From Bdellovibrionales bacterium (GTDB taxonomy: Bacteria; Bdellovibrionota; Bdellovibrionia; Bdellovibrionales; UBA840): a DNA stretch of 30,402 nt. Location of the stretch: contig JBBKWS010000139.1 in assembly GCA_037969075.1 (NCBI GenBank), positions 1-30,402 of the forward strand, in the 5' to 3' direction. Made by a program: the position numbers and the translations under genes. A model generated the notes under the pieces. The model saw only the letters and a program-made list of their open reading frames with translations, made no database searches and had not been told where the DNA came from. Of the stretch, positions 1-9,585 are shown piece by piece. Numbering within the stretch: the stretch's first letter is position 1; each line of letters opens with the position of its first letter.

Positions 1-377
1 TCTTTTTTCTTTTGGTCTTCGATTTTAGCTTTTTCTTCTTCAGCTTTTAAAACTGCTAGTAGATCTACAAATTTTCCATCTTTAGTTTCTACTTCGATAG
101 TGCGGTCTACTAAGCAACCACAAATGTCGCCTTCAGTTCCCTCAATTTTTAGTGATATACTGGTTCTTGTTTTTTCAACACCATTAATGTCTAAAACTGT
201 TTGTTCAGAATTTGTTCCAGTAACAATAGTGATAGACTTTCCTTTTTCGATCTCTATTACCTGTGATGCAGTAGAAGCTAAGTTTACTTCCCCGTGGGTA
301 TTAGTAGATGTAAAATCCCATGACATATTTACGGCTAGTAGCCCAAATAATGTATATATTAGATATTTCTGTTTCAT
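1..377 (-). CDS. Hypothetical exported or membrane-anchored protein, 5' part only (runs off the left window edge)
   Basis: Not in the ORF track; translated by hand. ATG at 377 with SD AGGAG at 384-388. Reads MKQKYLIYTLFGLLAVNMSWDFTSTNTHGEVNLASTASQVIEIEKGKSITIVTG...ICGCLVDRTIEVETKDGKFVDLLAVLKAEEEKAKIEDQKKK, open to position 1. Basic then hydrophobic N-terminus. Confidence 0.8.
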   Translation of the reverse strand, partial: MKQKYLIYTLFGLLAVNMSWDFTSTNTHGEVNLASTASQVIEIEKGKSITIVTGTNSEQTVLDINGVEKTRTSISLKIEGTEGDICGCLVDRTIEVETKDGKFVDLLAVLKAEEEKAKIEDQKKK

Positions 378-422
378 AACTCTCTCCTTAAAAATTTATA
401 TGTTCTCTCAACACTTAGTGTT

Positions 423-438
423 TCAAGTGTAGTGCCAA
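423..438 (-). promoter_or_regulatory. Putative sigma54 -24/-12 promoter of the left-edge gene
   Basis: Minus strand TTGGCAC-TACAC-TTGA: perfect -24 box, GG-N10-GA (GA in place of canonical GC), about 45 nt upstream of ATG 377. Confidence 0.55.
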
Positions 439-495
439 TTGACAGTAATCAGCCTAAGTATCTAAAAGTACTTAGTTTATTTAAGATCAAGTGGG

Positions 496-597
496 TGTCT
501 CGTTTTGAGACAGTAGGGGAGTAAATCAATAGAACCGGGGTTGGGTTTATTATTGGCAGTAAAATCAGTAGTTTAGGTGTGTAAATTTACTTTACAC
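496..597. promoter_or_regulatory. Two TGT-N11-ACA palindromes (candidate enhancer sites) with an IHF-like site between them
   Basis: TGTCTC-GTTTT-GAGACA at 496-512; GTGTAAA-TTTAC-TTTACAC at 579-597; AATCAG-TAGT-TTA at 563-575 matches the IHF consensus WATCAR-N4-TTR. Confidence 0.45.
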
Positions 598-626
598 CAA
601 AATGACAAAAATGGGATGCGGTAAAA

Positions 627-1634
627 CTAGCTAATTTTACCAGCCAGTAGGTCTGAGAATGATTGTGTAGCCTCAATCTTACTAAGAACTATTTTTAGGA
701 TTGATGTGATCGGTACTGCCAAGAACATTCCTGGGATTCCCCAAACAAGGCCCCAGAAGATCAAAAACATTAAAATCGCTATAGGGTGAAGGCCCATTCT
801 GTCACCCAGAAACTTAGGCTCGATAATAGTGCCTATAGTTGAGTGAATAATGACTTGTGCGCCTAGCGCCACAAAGAATGGCCAGCTAAACCCGCTGTCT
901 AGAATAATCAGCGGGAGAGGTAGCAGGGCAGCAACGATAGATCCAACGTTTGGTATAAAGTTTAATAAGAAAGTAATGAAAGCAAAAACTAGCGCTAGTT
1001 CAACATTACAAAAATAAAGAATCGGAAATACAACAAGGGCAGTAAAAAATGAGCTTAAAAATTTAATTATAATATATCTAGAAATATTTTTCTGTAAGCT
1101 TTGCCAAATGGATCCCTCTGGGATGGTGATATTTGCTGACTTCTCTCCAATTAATAAGAAGGTAATAAATACGAATACCAAAAAAGAGCTTCCAATAAAA
1201 GATACAGCGATACCAGAGAAGTTTCGTAACCAGCTAATAACGGGTAAATCTAAAATTTCTTCTTGAATCATATTTGGATTAATTTTTAGTCCAAACGAGC
1301 TACCCATTGTTGATGCTTCTTGCACTAGCTCGATGGCTCTTAGTTTATAAACATCAATATTAATTAAAAACCCCTTTATCGACTGAAATAACAACAACCA
1401 GGTTAAAAATGTAAATAATAGTAAGATTAAAAATACAAACGCGATAGCGAGCCATCTGGGAATTTTTAATTTTTGCTCAAAACCACGGATTACTGGTGAT
1501 AAGACGGCAAACCCAAAAATAGAAATAACAAAAGGAACTAAAACAATTTTTGTATATACCAAGGCCATGACTGAAGCTACGGACGCTAAGATAATTAGAC
1601 AGAGTGTATTGATGCGTTCAGTTGTGTATAACAT
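627..1634 (-). CDS. AI-2E family (PerM/TqsA-like) transporter
   Basis: Multi-TM protein with family motifs FLLNFIPNVGSIVA, IEPKFLGDRMGLHP and FWGLVWGIPGMFLAVPIT. ATG at 1634; alternative TTG at 1640. Confidence 0.9.
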   Translation of the reverse strand: MLYTTERINTLCLIILASVASVMALVYTKIVLVPFVISIFGFAVLSPVIRGFEQKLKIPRWLAIAFVFLILLLFTFLTWLLLFQSIKGFLINIDVYKLRAIELVQEASTMGSSFGLKINPNMIQEEILDLPVISWLRNFSGIAVSFIGSSFLVFVFITFLLIGEKSANITIPEGSIWQSLQKNISRYIIIKFLSSFFTALVVFPILYFCNVELALVFAFITFLLNFIPNVGSIVAALLPLPLIILDSGFSWPFFVALGAQVIIHSTIGTIIEPKFLGDRMGLHPIAILMFLIFWGLVWGIPGMFLAVPITSILKIVLSKIEATQSFSDLLAGKIS

Positions 1635-1655
1635 GCGCAAAGTAGACCATAAAAA

Positions 1656-2648
1656 CTAAAGAATTGCACTAATTTTCCCTACATGCTCCTGCAGGGTATT
1701 TAATATAGGTAGTTCAAACCACTTAGAGAGTTTTTTTATCTCGCTATCGCTTAACAAGGATTTACTTTTTAATAAATGAACTAGGGCAACTTCTACAGCT
1801 CTAAAAGATCCGTCCTCGACCTTAAGGGCTACTCCCAAGTGTTTATCTCTAATAATAGCCATGTAGACACCTTCGGCCCCAACTTTAGCTATTATCCTGC
1901 CGTTGGTAGCTTTAGCTAAATCACTACATAATCTATTTTGGCCCGCAATCATATGGGGGTTAGCTGTTATAGATTCTAATACAATTTTACACGCCTTATC
2001 TATTTCGGATTTGTTTGTATTTGCGAATACAGAAAAGTTAGCGGCAGATACAGCCAAGTCTTTTAAGGTCATCATATAGTTAGGTAGTGCACATCCATCA
2101 ATACCCATTCGCTTGTTATCAAGTTTTCGTCCGCATAATAATTCAAGAGTTTTAAATAATTCGATCTGCAGAGGGTGATCAGTGTGATGGTAATTAGTTA
2201 AATCCCAACCTTTGTGCCTACAAGTTAAAAGCATGGCTGTGTGTTTACCGCTACAGTTATTGTAAGTTTGATCTAAAGTGATTCGGTTCTCATATACAAA
2301 TTTAATGTCTTCACCTAATCTTGGAAGACCAGCGCCGCAGACTAAGTTTTGCGGTCGTAATGAGTTTGCCTGCAGCCATTTTCCTACACATTCAACATGG
2401 ATTTTCTCGGCATTGTGAGAACCACAAGCAATAGCGACATGTTCATGGCTAGATTTTGTATTTTCAAAGGCACCGGTTGTTAGAAAAGGTAAAACTTGAA
2501 AGAGTTTAATGGCGGATCTGGGAAAAATTAATTCATCTATAGAATCTGAGCCGTGAGATAAGTTGCCTTGTACATCACTGATGACATATTGAAAATGGTG
2601 CTTAGACTCAACTTCTTTGCCTCTATATACTAAAACATGGTTGTGCAT
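1656..2648 (-). CDS. L-asparaginase, Rhizobium AnsA type (Asparaginase_II family)
   Basis: RSAIK, ACGSH, NNCSGKH, DGC..P and AKVGAEGV motifs. Start set at ATG 2648 from promoter spacing; ATG 2657 is the alternative. Confidence 0.88.
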   Translation of the reverse strand: MHNHVLVYRGKEVESKHHFQYVISDVQGNLSHGSDSIDELIFPRSAIKLFQVLPFLTTGAFENTKSSHEHVAIACGSHNAEKIHVECVGKWLQANSLRPQNLVCGAGLPRLGEDIKFVYENRITLDQTYNNCSGKHTAMLLTCRHKGWDLTNYHHTDHPLQIELFKTLELLCGRKLDNKRMGIDGCALPNYMMTLKDLAVSAANFSVFANTNKSEIDKACKIVLESITANPHMIAGQNRLCSDLAKATNGRIIAKVGAEGVYMAIIRDKHLGVALKVEDGSFRAVEVALVHLLKSKSLLSDSEIKKLSKWFELPILNTLQEHVGKISAIL

Positions 2649-2655
2649 AGGCGAC

Positions 2656-2683
2656 ATAGTAACAAAAACTTTCCTTTTCGCAA
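2656..2683 (-). promoter_or_regulatory. sigma70-type promoter placed for a leaderless asparaginase mRNA
   Basis: TTGCGA-N16-(TG-T-)TACTAT-N7-ATG(2648). Confidence 0.45.
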
Positions 2684-2691
2684 TGGAATTG

Positions 2692-2726
2692 TTTTAATGT
2701 CTTTACAGCTAAAGTTGACATTAAAA
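2692..2726. repeat. Inverted repeat in the divergent asparaginase/acuI intergenic region
   Basis: TTTTAATGTC (2692-2701) and GACATTAAAA (2717-2726) form perfect 10-bp arms around an inner TTTA-CAGC-TAAA. Confidence 0.7.
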
Positions 2727-2736
2727 GCAGGTGATT

Positions 2737-3738
2737 ATGGCAAGTAGTAATGGATATTGGTTTTTTAATGAGGGAGATAAGGGACAGCTTCAAGTAACTC
2801 CTCTAAAAGAATTACAAATTGGCAATGTTCGTATTCGAGCTGAGTATTCTAGTATTAATTATAAGGATGCTCTAGCGGTAAGTGGTCGCGGAAAAATATT
2901 TAGGTCATATCCCATGGTCCCCGGTATCGATGTTGCTGGTACAGTGATCAATTCTAAATCAGAAGTTTTTAAAACAGGAGATAAAGTTTTAGTTACAGGT
3001 TGCGGTTTAGGGGAATCCTTTCCCGGAGGTTACCAAGAATTTGTAGATGTAAGTGAGGCCCATGTTATTAGTTTGCCGTTAGGATTTTCTACATTAGATG
3101 CCATGCTTATCGGTACTGCTGGTTTTACGGCGGGGCTTGCGCTGCTCAGGATGGAAAAGTTGGGTCAGTCTCCCGAAATAGGGCCGATATTAGTTACTGG
3201 TGCAAGTGGTGGAGTGGGATCATTTGCCGTAAGAATTTTTTCACAAAAAGGCTATGAGGTTATCGCGCAATCAGAGAAAACAACAAAGAAGGATTATTTA
3301 GTTTCATTGGGAGCAAATACAGTGGTGAGTTTGGCTAATTTGCAGTTTGGTGATAAGCCACTAGAGTCTATACGTTTTGGCGGAGCGGTAGACTCTTTAG
3401 GAGGACAAGTTTTATCGCAAATCCTCAGCCATACAAATTTATACGGAAATATAGCATCTATTGGTTTGGCAAGCGGGACAGATATAAAGTCAACTGTGAT
3501 GCCACATATACTTAGAGGCGTTTCAATTATAGGTATCAGCTCCACTAACACTCCTAGGCGCATGAGGGAAGAGGTATGGTCAATGCTTGCAAAAACATTG
3601 AGCGTAGAAAATTTGACACAGATTGAATACAAAGTAATTGGTTTAGAGGAGATTCCAGAGACTGCGGAGAAATTTTTTTCAAAGACAGTAACAGGGAGAA
3701 TTGTAGTAAAAATTGCTAGTCCACATGCGAGAACTTAA
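2737..3738 (+). CDS. acuI: YhdH/AcuI family MDR oxidoreductase (acryloyl-CoA reductase-like)
   Basis: YSSINYKDALA, PGID.AG, IGTAGFTA, VTGASGGVGS and TVMPHILRGV motifs. ATG at 2737; alternative GTG at 2731. Confidence 0.88.
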   Translation: MASSNGYWFFNEGDKGQLQVTPLKELQIGNVRIRAEYSSINYKDALAVSGRGKIFRSYPMVPGIDVAGTVINSKSEVFKTGDKVLVTGCGLGESFPGGYQEFVDVSEAHVISLPLGFSTLDAMLIGTAGFTAGLALLRMEKLGQSPEIGPILVTGASGGVGSFAVRIFSQKGYEVIAQSEKTTKKDYLVSLGANTVVSLANLQFGDKPLESIRFGGAVDSLGGQVLSQILSHTNLYGNIASIGLASGTDIKSTVMPHILRGVSIIGISSTNTPRRMREEVWSMLAKTLSVENLTQIEYKVIGLEEIPETAEKFFSKTVTGRIVVKIASPHART

Positions 3739-3774
3739 AAAATAGGATTTGGTGGTCTAGGAATATCTTTTAGG

Positions 3775-3803
3775 TTGGAAATTTAGCAAAGTCTTTTCAA
3801 TAT
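3775..3803 (+). promoter_or_regulatory. sigma70-type promoter placed for a leaderless mRNA
   Basis: TTGGAA-N17-CAATAT-N6-ATG(3810); no SD. Confidence 0.4.
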
Positions 3804-3809
3804 ATAAGT

Positions 3810-4313
3810 ATGAAGTTATGGCAATGGATCGTTAGTGTAATTATTATTTTTCACCTACTTGTGGTGCTCATTGTTCCAAATCAGCACTCCTACTTTCAAT
3901 ACGCATGGCGCTCAGTGATTATGCCATATGCGAGCACACTTAACATCGCATTTACATGGCAGTTTTTTTCGCCTGATCCTGCGGCCGCTATTTATTATGA
4001 TTACGCAGCGATTAGTGATGACGAAATTAAGTTCACAATCACGTATCCTGATGATGTAAATCAATCATGGTTTCGCCCTAACTACTCTAGAAGAAACACC
4101 GTAAAAAATGTATTTATGAAGTTTCCTTATTTAAATGAAAAGATATTTATTCCATATTTCTGTAGAGTAAACCCAGGGATTGAAATTTTTGATGTTACTA
4201 AGCGTGTAATCAAGCCAACCACATTCGACGAAGCCTTTGATGGCCGGTCATTAACCGATGAGTCACAGGTTGTTAAACAAGAGTTAGGACAATACGGATG
4301 CAAAAACTTATAA
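3810..4313 (+). CDS. Membrane-anchored SdpA/DUF5819-like protein, partner of the HTTM gene
   Basis: N-terminal TM helix, WQFFSPDP motif like the W-x-(L/F)-F-(A/S)-P-x-P of HTTM partner proteins, two C-terminal Cys. Overlaps the next gene by 16 bp. Confidence 0.6.
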   Translation: MKLWQWIVSVIIIFHLLVVLIVPNQHSYFQYAWRSVIMPYASTLNIAFTWQFFSPDPAAAIYYDYAAISDDEIKFTITYPDDVNQSWFRPNYSRRNTVKNVFMKFPYLNEKIFIPYFCRVNPGIEIFDVTKRVIKPTTFDEAFDGRSLTDESQVVKQELGQYGCKNL

Positions 4314-5185
4314 GTGCATGGAATACCTTCTGGTTTGATTCATTTGACGAAAAGAGATTTCGTTTTTTTCAAATTGTATTTTTAGCCACAGTTTTAATCT
4401 TATACGGCTTTCGTATTTTAGATTTTGAATTTTTATTTTCTAATAATGGAATCTTACCCTTTGAAATGCTAAGCAATTTGCCTGAACTGCTGTATAATGG
4501 TTTGCCAATAGAAAATTTAGTTAGAAATGATATCGTAAGCCTTTGTTTGTATGCCGTATTTATATTATTAATGGCACTGACTTTATTTTATAGACACATA
4601 TGGCTAGTCGCACTGGCTATTTACATACTAAATATAGCCTTTCTTCGTAGAAACCCCATGAGTGTATATGGTGTTGATATGGTGGCGACCTTTTGGTTTT
4701 TCTATATGGCATTTGTAAATGTAAAAACAAAGTCAATGGTGTGGCAAGGAATCAACTCTGTCATGTACAGGTTGATACAGCTACAACTGTGTATCATATA
4801 TGCTTACAGCGGTTTTGACAAGGTTCGCGGACTTACTTGGTGGACAGGGGATGCTATCTGGTATGCTCTTGGTAATACCCAGGTAGCAAGTATTGATTTT
4901 TCATTTTTAGCACACACACCGTCTATTTTAACTCTTCTGGCTGTCGTGACAGTTTTGTGGGAGTGTTATTTTCCTATATTGATTTGGATACCGCAGATTA
5001 AAAAATATGTTATTTACATTGGAGTATGCCTGCACTTAGGGATTGCTGTAATGATGAACCTGTTCGAATTTTCATTGGTTATGCTTGCGGCATACCCACT
5101 TTTTATGAATAAAAAAATGACAGATGATTTATATGAGTGGTTTAAATCAAAACCACTCACCAGGATTTTATTAGGTAAATCTTAA
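4298..5185 (+). CDS. HTTM-domain membrane protein (SdpB / vitamin K-dependent carboxylase-like TM domain)
   Basis: [18 protein letters not shown]...W.TGDA and [15 protein letters not shown] motifs; about 7 TM segments. Confidence 0.82.
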   Translation: MQKLISAWNTFWFDSFDEKRFRFFQIVFLATVLILYGFRILDFEFLFSNNGILPFEMLSNLPELLYNGLPIENLVRNDIVSLCLYAVFILLMALTLFYRHIWLVALAIYILNIAFLRRNPMSVYGVDMVATFWFFYMAFVNVKTKSMVWQGINSVMYRLIQLQLCIIYAYSGFDKVRGLTWWTGDAIWYALGNTQVASIDFSFLAHTPSILTLLAVVTVLWECYFPILIWIPQIKKYVIYIGVCLHLGIAVMMNLFEFSLVMLAAYPLFMNKKMTDDLYEWFKSKPLTRILLGKS

Positions 5186-8025
5186 GACGAGTAGCTATCC
5201 ATCGACGGACAAGTGCAAATTAAATTTCTATCTCCAAAGGCATCATCCACTCGGGATGCCTGCGGCCAAAATTTATTCTCTCTCGCCCATGGAGTTGGAA
5301 AAGCAGCTAGTTCTCTAGAGTAAGGCCTATCCCAATTGTCAGAAATTACAACATCCGCCGTATGAGGTGCATTTTTTAAAGGATTATTTAGTTTATCTAA
5401 TTTACCTTCACTGATTGCTGAGGCTTCACCATATATACCAATCATTGCATCACAAAAACGATCCAGCTCTTCTTTGCTTTCAGATTCTGTCGGCTCGATC
5501 ATCATGGTACCAATAACCGGCCAAGACATGGTGGGTGAGTGATACCCATAATCCATAAGTCGTTTAGCAATGTCGATCACTTCGATATCAGCTAGCTTTT
5601 TTAATACGCGGGTATCAATAATACATTCATGCGCTACAAAACCAGTCTTAGCTTTAAATAATATTGGATAAAACTTCTCTAATTTTTTTGCGACATAGTT
5701 GGCATTTAAAATCGCAACTTCTGATGCCTTTTTTAATCCACCATCACCCATCATTTGGATATACATCCATGAGATGTTTAAGATCAATGCGCTTCCCCAC
5801 GGAGCTGCCGAGATTGCCCCAATGGTTTGGTTACCACTAACGCTTACTTGTTTAGATCCAGGTAAGAAGGCTTGTAAGTGTGACTTCACACCAATAGGTC
5901 CTACTCCAGGACCACCGCCACCGTGCGGAATACTAAAGGTTTTGTGTAAGTTAAGATGACAGACATCAGCCCCATAATCACCAGGGCGACAAAGGCCAAC
6001 TTGTGCATTCATATTAGCACCATCTAAGTAAACTTGCCCGCCGTAGTGATGAATGATGTCTGTGATTTGCTTAATCTCTTCTTCAAATACTCCGTGAGTA
6101 GAAGGGTAAGTAATCATAAGGGCCGCTAAGTTTTTCGCATGCATTTCAGATTTATTTTTTAAATCCTGAATATCAATGTCGCCTCTTTCATCGCAAGCTA
6201 CAGGTACTACTTTCATTCCTGCCATCACTGCACTTGCCGGGTTTGTCCCATGAGCAGACGTGGGGATTAAGCAAATGTTTCGATGTGCATCACTCTTTGA
6301 TTCGTGATAAGCCTTTATCACTAATAATCCTGCATATTCACCTTGTGAACCAGCATTAGGTTGCAATGACACTGCATCAAAGCCTGTGATATTACCTAAC
6401 CACTGTTCCAAATCTTTAAACATTGCCTGGTATCCAAGAGTTTGATCAAGCGGAGCAAATGGATGAATATTGGCAAACTCAGGCCAAGATATTGGGATCA
6501 TTTCGCTCGTGGCATTTAATTTCATGGTGCAAGATCCAAGCGGGATCATAGAGTGATTTAAGGATAAATCTTTTCTTTGCAATCTAGTTGCGTAACGTAA
6601 GAATTCTGTCTCTGAATGAAATCTGTTAAAATTTGGGTGAGTTAAAAATTTAGATTCTCTTAATAAATCATCGCTGATCTCTATAGACTCTAGATCAATT
6701 TCTTTTTCTGTAGGCGTAGCCTTATATGATGTATCAAAAACTTGTAACAATGCACGCAGATCATCCATTGTTGTAGCTTCATCCAACTGAAGGTGAATTT
6801 TGTCAGCTGCAAGTAGGCGTAAATTTATTTTTTTATTTAATGCTGATTGGTAAAGATCTTTTGCCTGCGTTGTGTGAATCGTCAAACCATCAAAAAACTG
6901 CGATGTGGTTGCAAAGTTTTTTTGATTTAGTTTGTTTTTTAGCCACGCAGTCTTCTTGTGAGTTTTTAACGCGATTTGCTTAATGCCTTCAGGTCCATGA
7001 TATACAGCGTACATACTGGCAACAACAGCTAATAAAACTTGCGCCGTACAAATATTGCTACTGGCCTTATCTCGTCTGATATGTTGTTCGCGAGTTTGCA
7101 GAGCAAGTCTTGTAGCAGGTTTTCCTTGTGCATCCTTAGAAAGGCCAACTATACGCCCTGGGATTTGTCGCTTAAAATCTTCTTTGGTGGCAATGTAAGC
7201 GGCATGCGGGCCGCCGTAAAACATTCCTAAACCAAAGCGCTGTGTGGTGCCGACGGCAATGTCAGCGCCCAGCTCTCCCGGAGGAGTTAAAAGTGCTAAA
7301 GATAAAATATCACAAGTCATAATAGTCAGAGCATTATTTTGCTTTAGTTTTAAAACAGTATCTCTGTAGTCAAACACAGAACCGTCTGTAGCTGGGTAAC
7401 TAAGTACTGCTGCAAAAACATCTTCGTTCGGTACGAAGCTTTTGTGGTCTCCTACCATTACTTTAATATTTAATGGACCGGCTCTTGTCTGAATGACTTC
7501 GATGGTTTGTGGGTGACATAGTTCACTTACAAAAATGGTGTTTCTATTCTTGCCGTTCGAGGCTTTTGCCATTGTCATGGCTTCAGCAGCCGCTGTTCCT
7601 TCATCAAGTAAAGAGGCATTTGCTATAGGAAGCGCTGTAAGATCTGCGATCATAGTCTGAAAATTCAGAAGTGCTTCTAAGCGTCCTTGTGCAATTTCTG
7701 GTTGATAAGGAGTGTACTGCGTATACCATCCGGGGTTTTCTAAAATATTTCTTTGAATCACAGTTGGTACGATACAAGGGGCGTATCCCATGCCAATGTA
7801 AGAGCGATTTACTTGATTTTTAATAGCGTAAGATTTTAATTTTTCTAAACTCTCAACTTCATTTAAAGAATCACCGATACTTAACTTCCCCTTAAATCGA
7901 ATCGATGCGGGAATACACTTGTCTATTAGAGCATCAACGCTATCAATGTTTAAGGCCTGTAGCATGTCTTTAATGTCGTTAGCACTCGGCCCGATATGTC
8001 GAGGGATCAATGAGTTAGTATTCAT
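5182..8025 (-). CDS. gcvP: Glycine dehydrogenase (decarboxylating), glycine cleavage P protein
   Basis: [52 protein letters not shown] (PLP Lys) and [12 protein letters not shown] 8025 has SD AAAGGA; the upstream in-frame ATG 8082 also has an SD (GAGGA). Confidence 0.97.
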   Translation of the reverse strand: MNTNSLIPRHIGPSANDIKDMLQALNIDSVDALIDKCIPASIRFKGKLSIGDSLNEVESLEKLKSYAIKNQVNRSYIGMGYAPCIVPTVIQRNILENPGWYTQYTPYQPEIAQGRLEALLNFQTMIADLTALPIANASLLDEGTAAAEAMTMAKASNGKNRNTIFVSELCHPQTIEVIQTRAGPLNIKVMVGDHKSFVPNEDVFAAVLSYPATDGSVFDYRDTVLKLKQNNALTIMTCDILSLALLTPPGELGADIAVGTTQRFGLGMFYGGPHAAYIATKEDFKRQIPGRIVGLSKDAQGKPATRLALQTREQHIRRDKASSNICTAQVLLAVVASMYAVYHGPEGIKQIALKTHKKTAWLKNKLNQKNFATTSQFFDGLTIHTTQAKDLYQSALNKKINLRLLAADKIHLQLDEATTMDDLRALLQVFDTSYKATPTEKEIDLESIEISDDLLRESKFLTHPNFNRFHSETEFLRYATRLQRKDLSLNHSMIPLGSCTMKLNATSEMIPISWPEFANIHPFAPLDQTLGYQAMFKDLEQWLGNITGFDAVSLQPNAGSQGEYAGLLVIKAYHESKSDAHRNICLIPTSAHGTNPASAVMAGMKVVPVACDERGDIDIQDLKNKSEMHAKNLAALMITYPSTHGVFEEEIKQITDIIHHYGGQVYLDGANMNAQVGLCRPGDYGADVCHLNLHKTFSIPHGGGGPGVGPIGVKSHLQAFLPGSKQVSVSGNQTIGAISAAPWGSALILNISWMYIQMMGDGGLKKASEVAILNANYVAKKLEKFYPILFKAKTGFVAHECIIDTRVLKKLADIEVIDIAKRLMDYGYHSPTMSWPVIGTMMIEPTESESKEELDRFCDAMIGIYGEASAISEGKLDKLNNPLKNAPHTADVVISDNWDRPYSRELAAFPTPWARENKFWPQASRVDDAFGDRNLICTCPSMDSYSS

Positions 8026-8136
8026 GCTATGTTCCTTTGTAGGCAAAAAACCAGTGTTTGTACGGGAAGTTTGTAAGTCCATATTATCCTCTTTGAAGGA
8101 TTCATAAATATCATAAAAAAAAACGACAAAATAGAA

Positions 8137-9129
8137 TTAAGGTGTAGCGTTAGTGTATTTTAATAAATCTGGCGCGCCGGGGCTATTGAGCATAGCGTAA
8201 TCAGGAGTAGGGACATACAGCCTACCATGATAGCTTTGCCTTTCTTTCATGCGATCTAAAATAAATTGGCGGGTTTGCATTTTGTGGCGATTCCAAAGAG
8301 GAGCGATAAGTTCATCCCACCGATTTGATAAAGCCCCTAAGCGATGCACTGGGATTTCAGGGGACAAATGCTCTAAAAATATGATACATTTATGAGCAAA
8401 CTCTTCTAAACTGATTGGTTCAAACTCTCCCTTACGGTAGAGGGTTTCTAAGCCAGTGTTAACAAGAACATGTAGGTTGTGGATTTTTACATTTCCAATA
8501 GGTAATGAAGAGGCGATTTTTGCAGATTCTATTACCTGCTCCTCAGTTTCTCCTGGAATTCCAAATATAAAATGAAGTCCGATATCTACAAGCGGTGCAG
8601 CTTCTTTGATTTTATAGACGGCCTCAATAGATTTTTTAGCTGTGTGCCCACGTTTCAAAAAGGCCACTTGGTCTTCGTAAAAACTTTGCACGCCTAATTC
8701 GACAGATACATAGGTTTTTTCTGAATACTCTTTCCAGAGTTTTAGGGTAGAAGAAGAAATGCAATCGGGTCTTGTGCCGATTACGATACCCTTTACAAAA
8801 GGGTAGGATAGGGCCAAATCAAAATCTTTTCGAAGTTTTTCAACTCCTTTGAAGCTATTTGTATAGGCTTGAAAGTATATTACAAAAGAATCAATTTTAT
8901 AGCGCTTACTAAAGGCCTCGTGGCACTCTTCAATTTGCTGTGCAAGCGGTTTTTGCATATTATCTTTATACGCAGCTGAGCCCCACTCATCACAAAAAAT
9001 GCATGTCTCCATGCCGTTTAGTCCGCGGCGATTTGGACAATCGTCAACGACAGTAACAGGGATTTTATAGGTCTTAGTGCCCAGTCTCTTTTTGTAATAA
9101 TCCCCAATGGAATAGTAAGTATCTAACAT
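8137..9129 (-). CDS. TIGR01212 family radical SAM protein (YhcC/YtqA-like)
   Basis: Family-specific CPNR-x8-CIFC cluster motif plus YFQAYTN, IGTRPDC, VELGVQS, RGHT and VKIHNLHV. Start at ATG 9129 from promoter spacing; alternative 9135. Confidence 0.9.
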   Translation of the reverse strand: MLDTYYSIGDYYKKRLGTKTYKIPVTVVDDCPNRRGLNGMETCIFCDEWGSAAYKDNMQKPLAQQIEECHEAFSKRYKIDSFVIYFQAYTNSFKGVEKLRKDFDLALSYPFVKGIVIGTRPDCISSSTLKLWKEYSEKTYVSVELGVQSFYEDQVAFLKRGHTAKKSIEAVYKIKEAAPLVDIGLHFIFGIPGETEEQVIESAKIASSLPIGNVKIHNLHVLVNTGLETLYRKGEFEPISLEEFAHKCIIFLEHLSPEIPVHRLGALSNRWDELIAPLWNRHKMQTRQFILDRMKERQSYHGRLYVPTPDYAMLNSPGAPDLLKYTNATP

Positions 9130-9135
9130 AGGCAT

Positions 9136-9164
9136 GATGTAGATGGGATGTGAGGCAAAGTCAA
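9136..9164 (-). promoter_or_regulatory. sigma70-type promoter placed for a leaderless mRNA
   Basis: TTGACT-N17-TACATC-N6-ATG(9129); no SD. Confidence 0.5.
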
Positions 9165-9230
9165 AACTTTGAGCGGTTTTTATATTGAAATTCTTCGGAT
9201 ATAGCATCAGGATAGATTTAAGGAGTTACT

Positions 9231-9584
9231 ATGAAGTTATTAGTTGTTTGGATTGGGCTTACCCAGGGTTACGCGACCACAACGCCCGATATACGACAGC
9301 TGATCACCTCGCATATTGGCCAAGTTCAAGCTTGCTATAACGAGTATTTAAAAGAAAAAAAACAAGACGGGGATTTAGCCTCGGCTAAAGGGTATTTAAC
9401 TATATCTTGGCATATAGATACAAAAGGTAAGGCATCGAACTTTAAAGAATTAAAAACCAGTTTTGACGATAAGCATGTGTTTTCATGTATAGCGGCCAAA
9501 ATGATTTCATGGGACTTTCCACCGAGTAAAAATAAAAAAGGTACCATTTTTAGATTTCCATTTGTATTTGCCTATAAAAAATAA
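9231..9584 (+). CDS. Small exported AgmX/PglI C-terminal (TonB-C-like) domain protein
   Basis: SD AAGGAG; short signal-like N-terminus; pattern VQACYNEYL...G...ISWHI...G...SCI...ISWDFP....IFRFPFVF. Confidence 0.75.
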   Translation: MKLLVVWIGLTQGYATTTPDIRQLITSHIGQVQACYNEYLKEKKQDGDLASAKGYLTISWHIDTKGKASNFKELKTSFDDKHVFSCIAAKMISWDFPPSKNKKGTIFRFPFVFAYKK

Positions 9585-9585
9585 C

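Noticed and set aside
100..432. 110-aa plus-strand ORF in the track
   Set aside because: Antisense shadow of the minus-strand gene starting at 377, which has an SD, a signal-like N-terminus and a promoter.
8026..8136. Glycine riboswitch upstream of gcvP
   Set aside because: Region is short and lacks the GGAGA / CCGAAG / CTCTCAGG core elements; only a small ATCCT/AGGAT hairpin is present.
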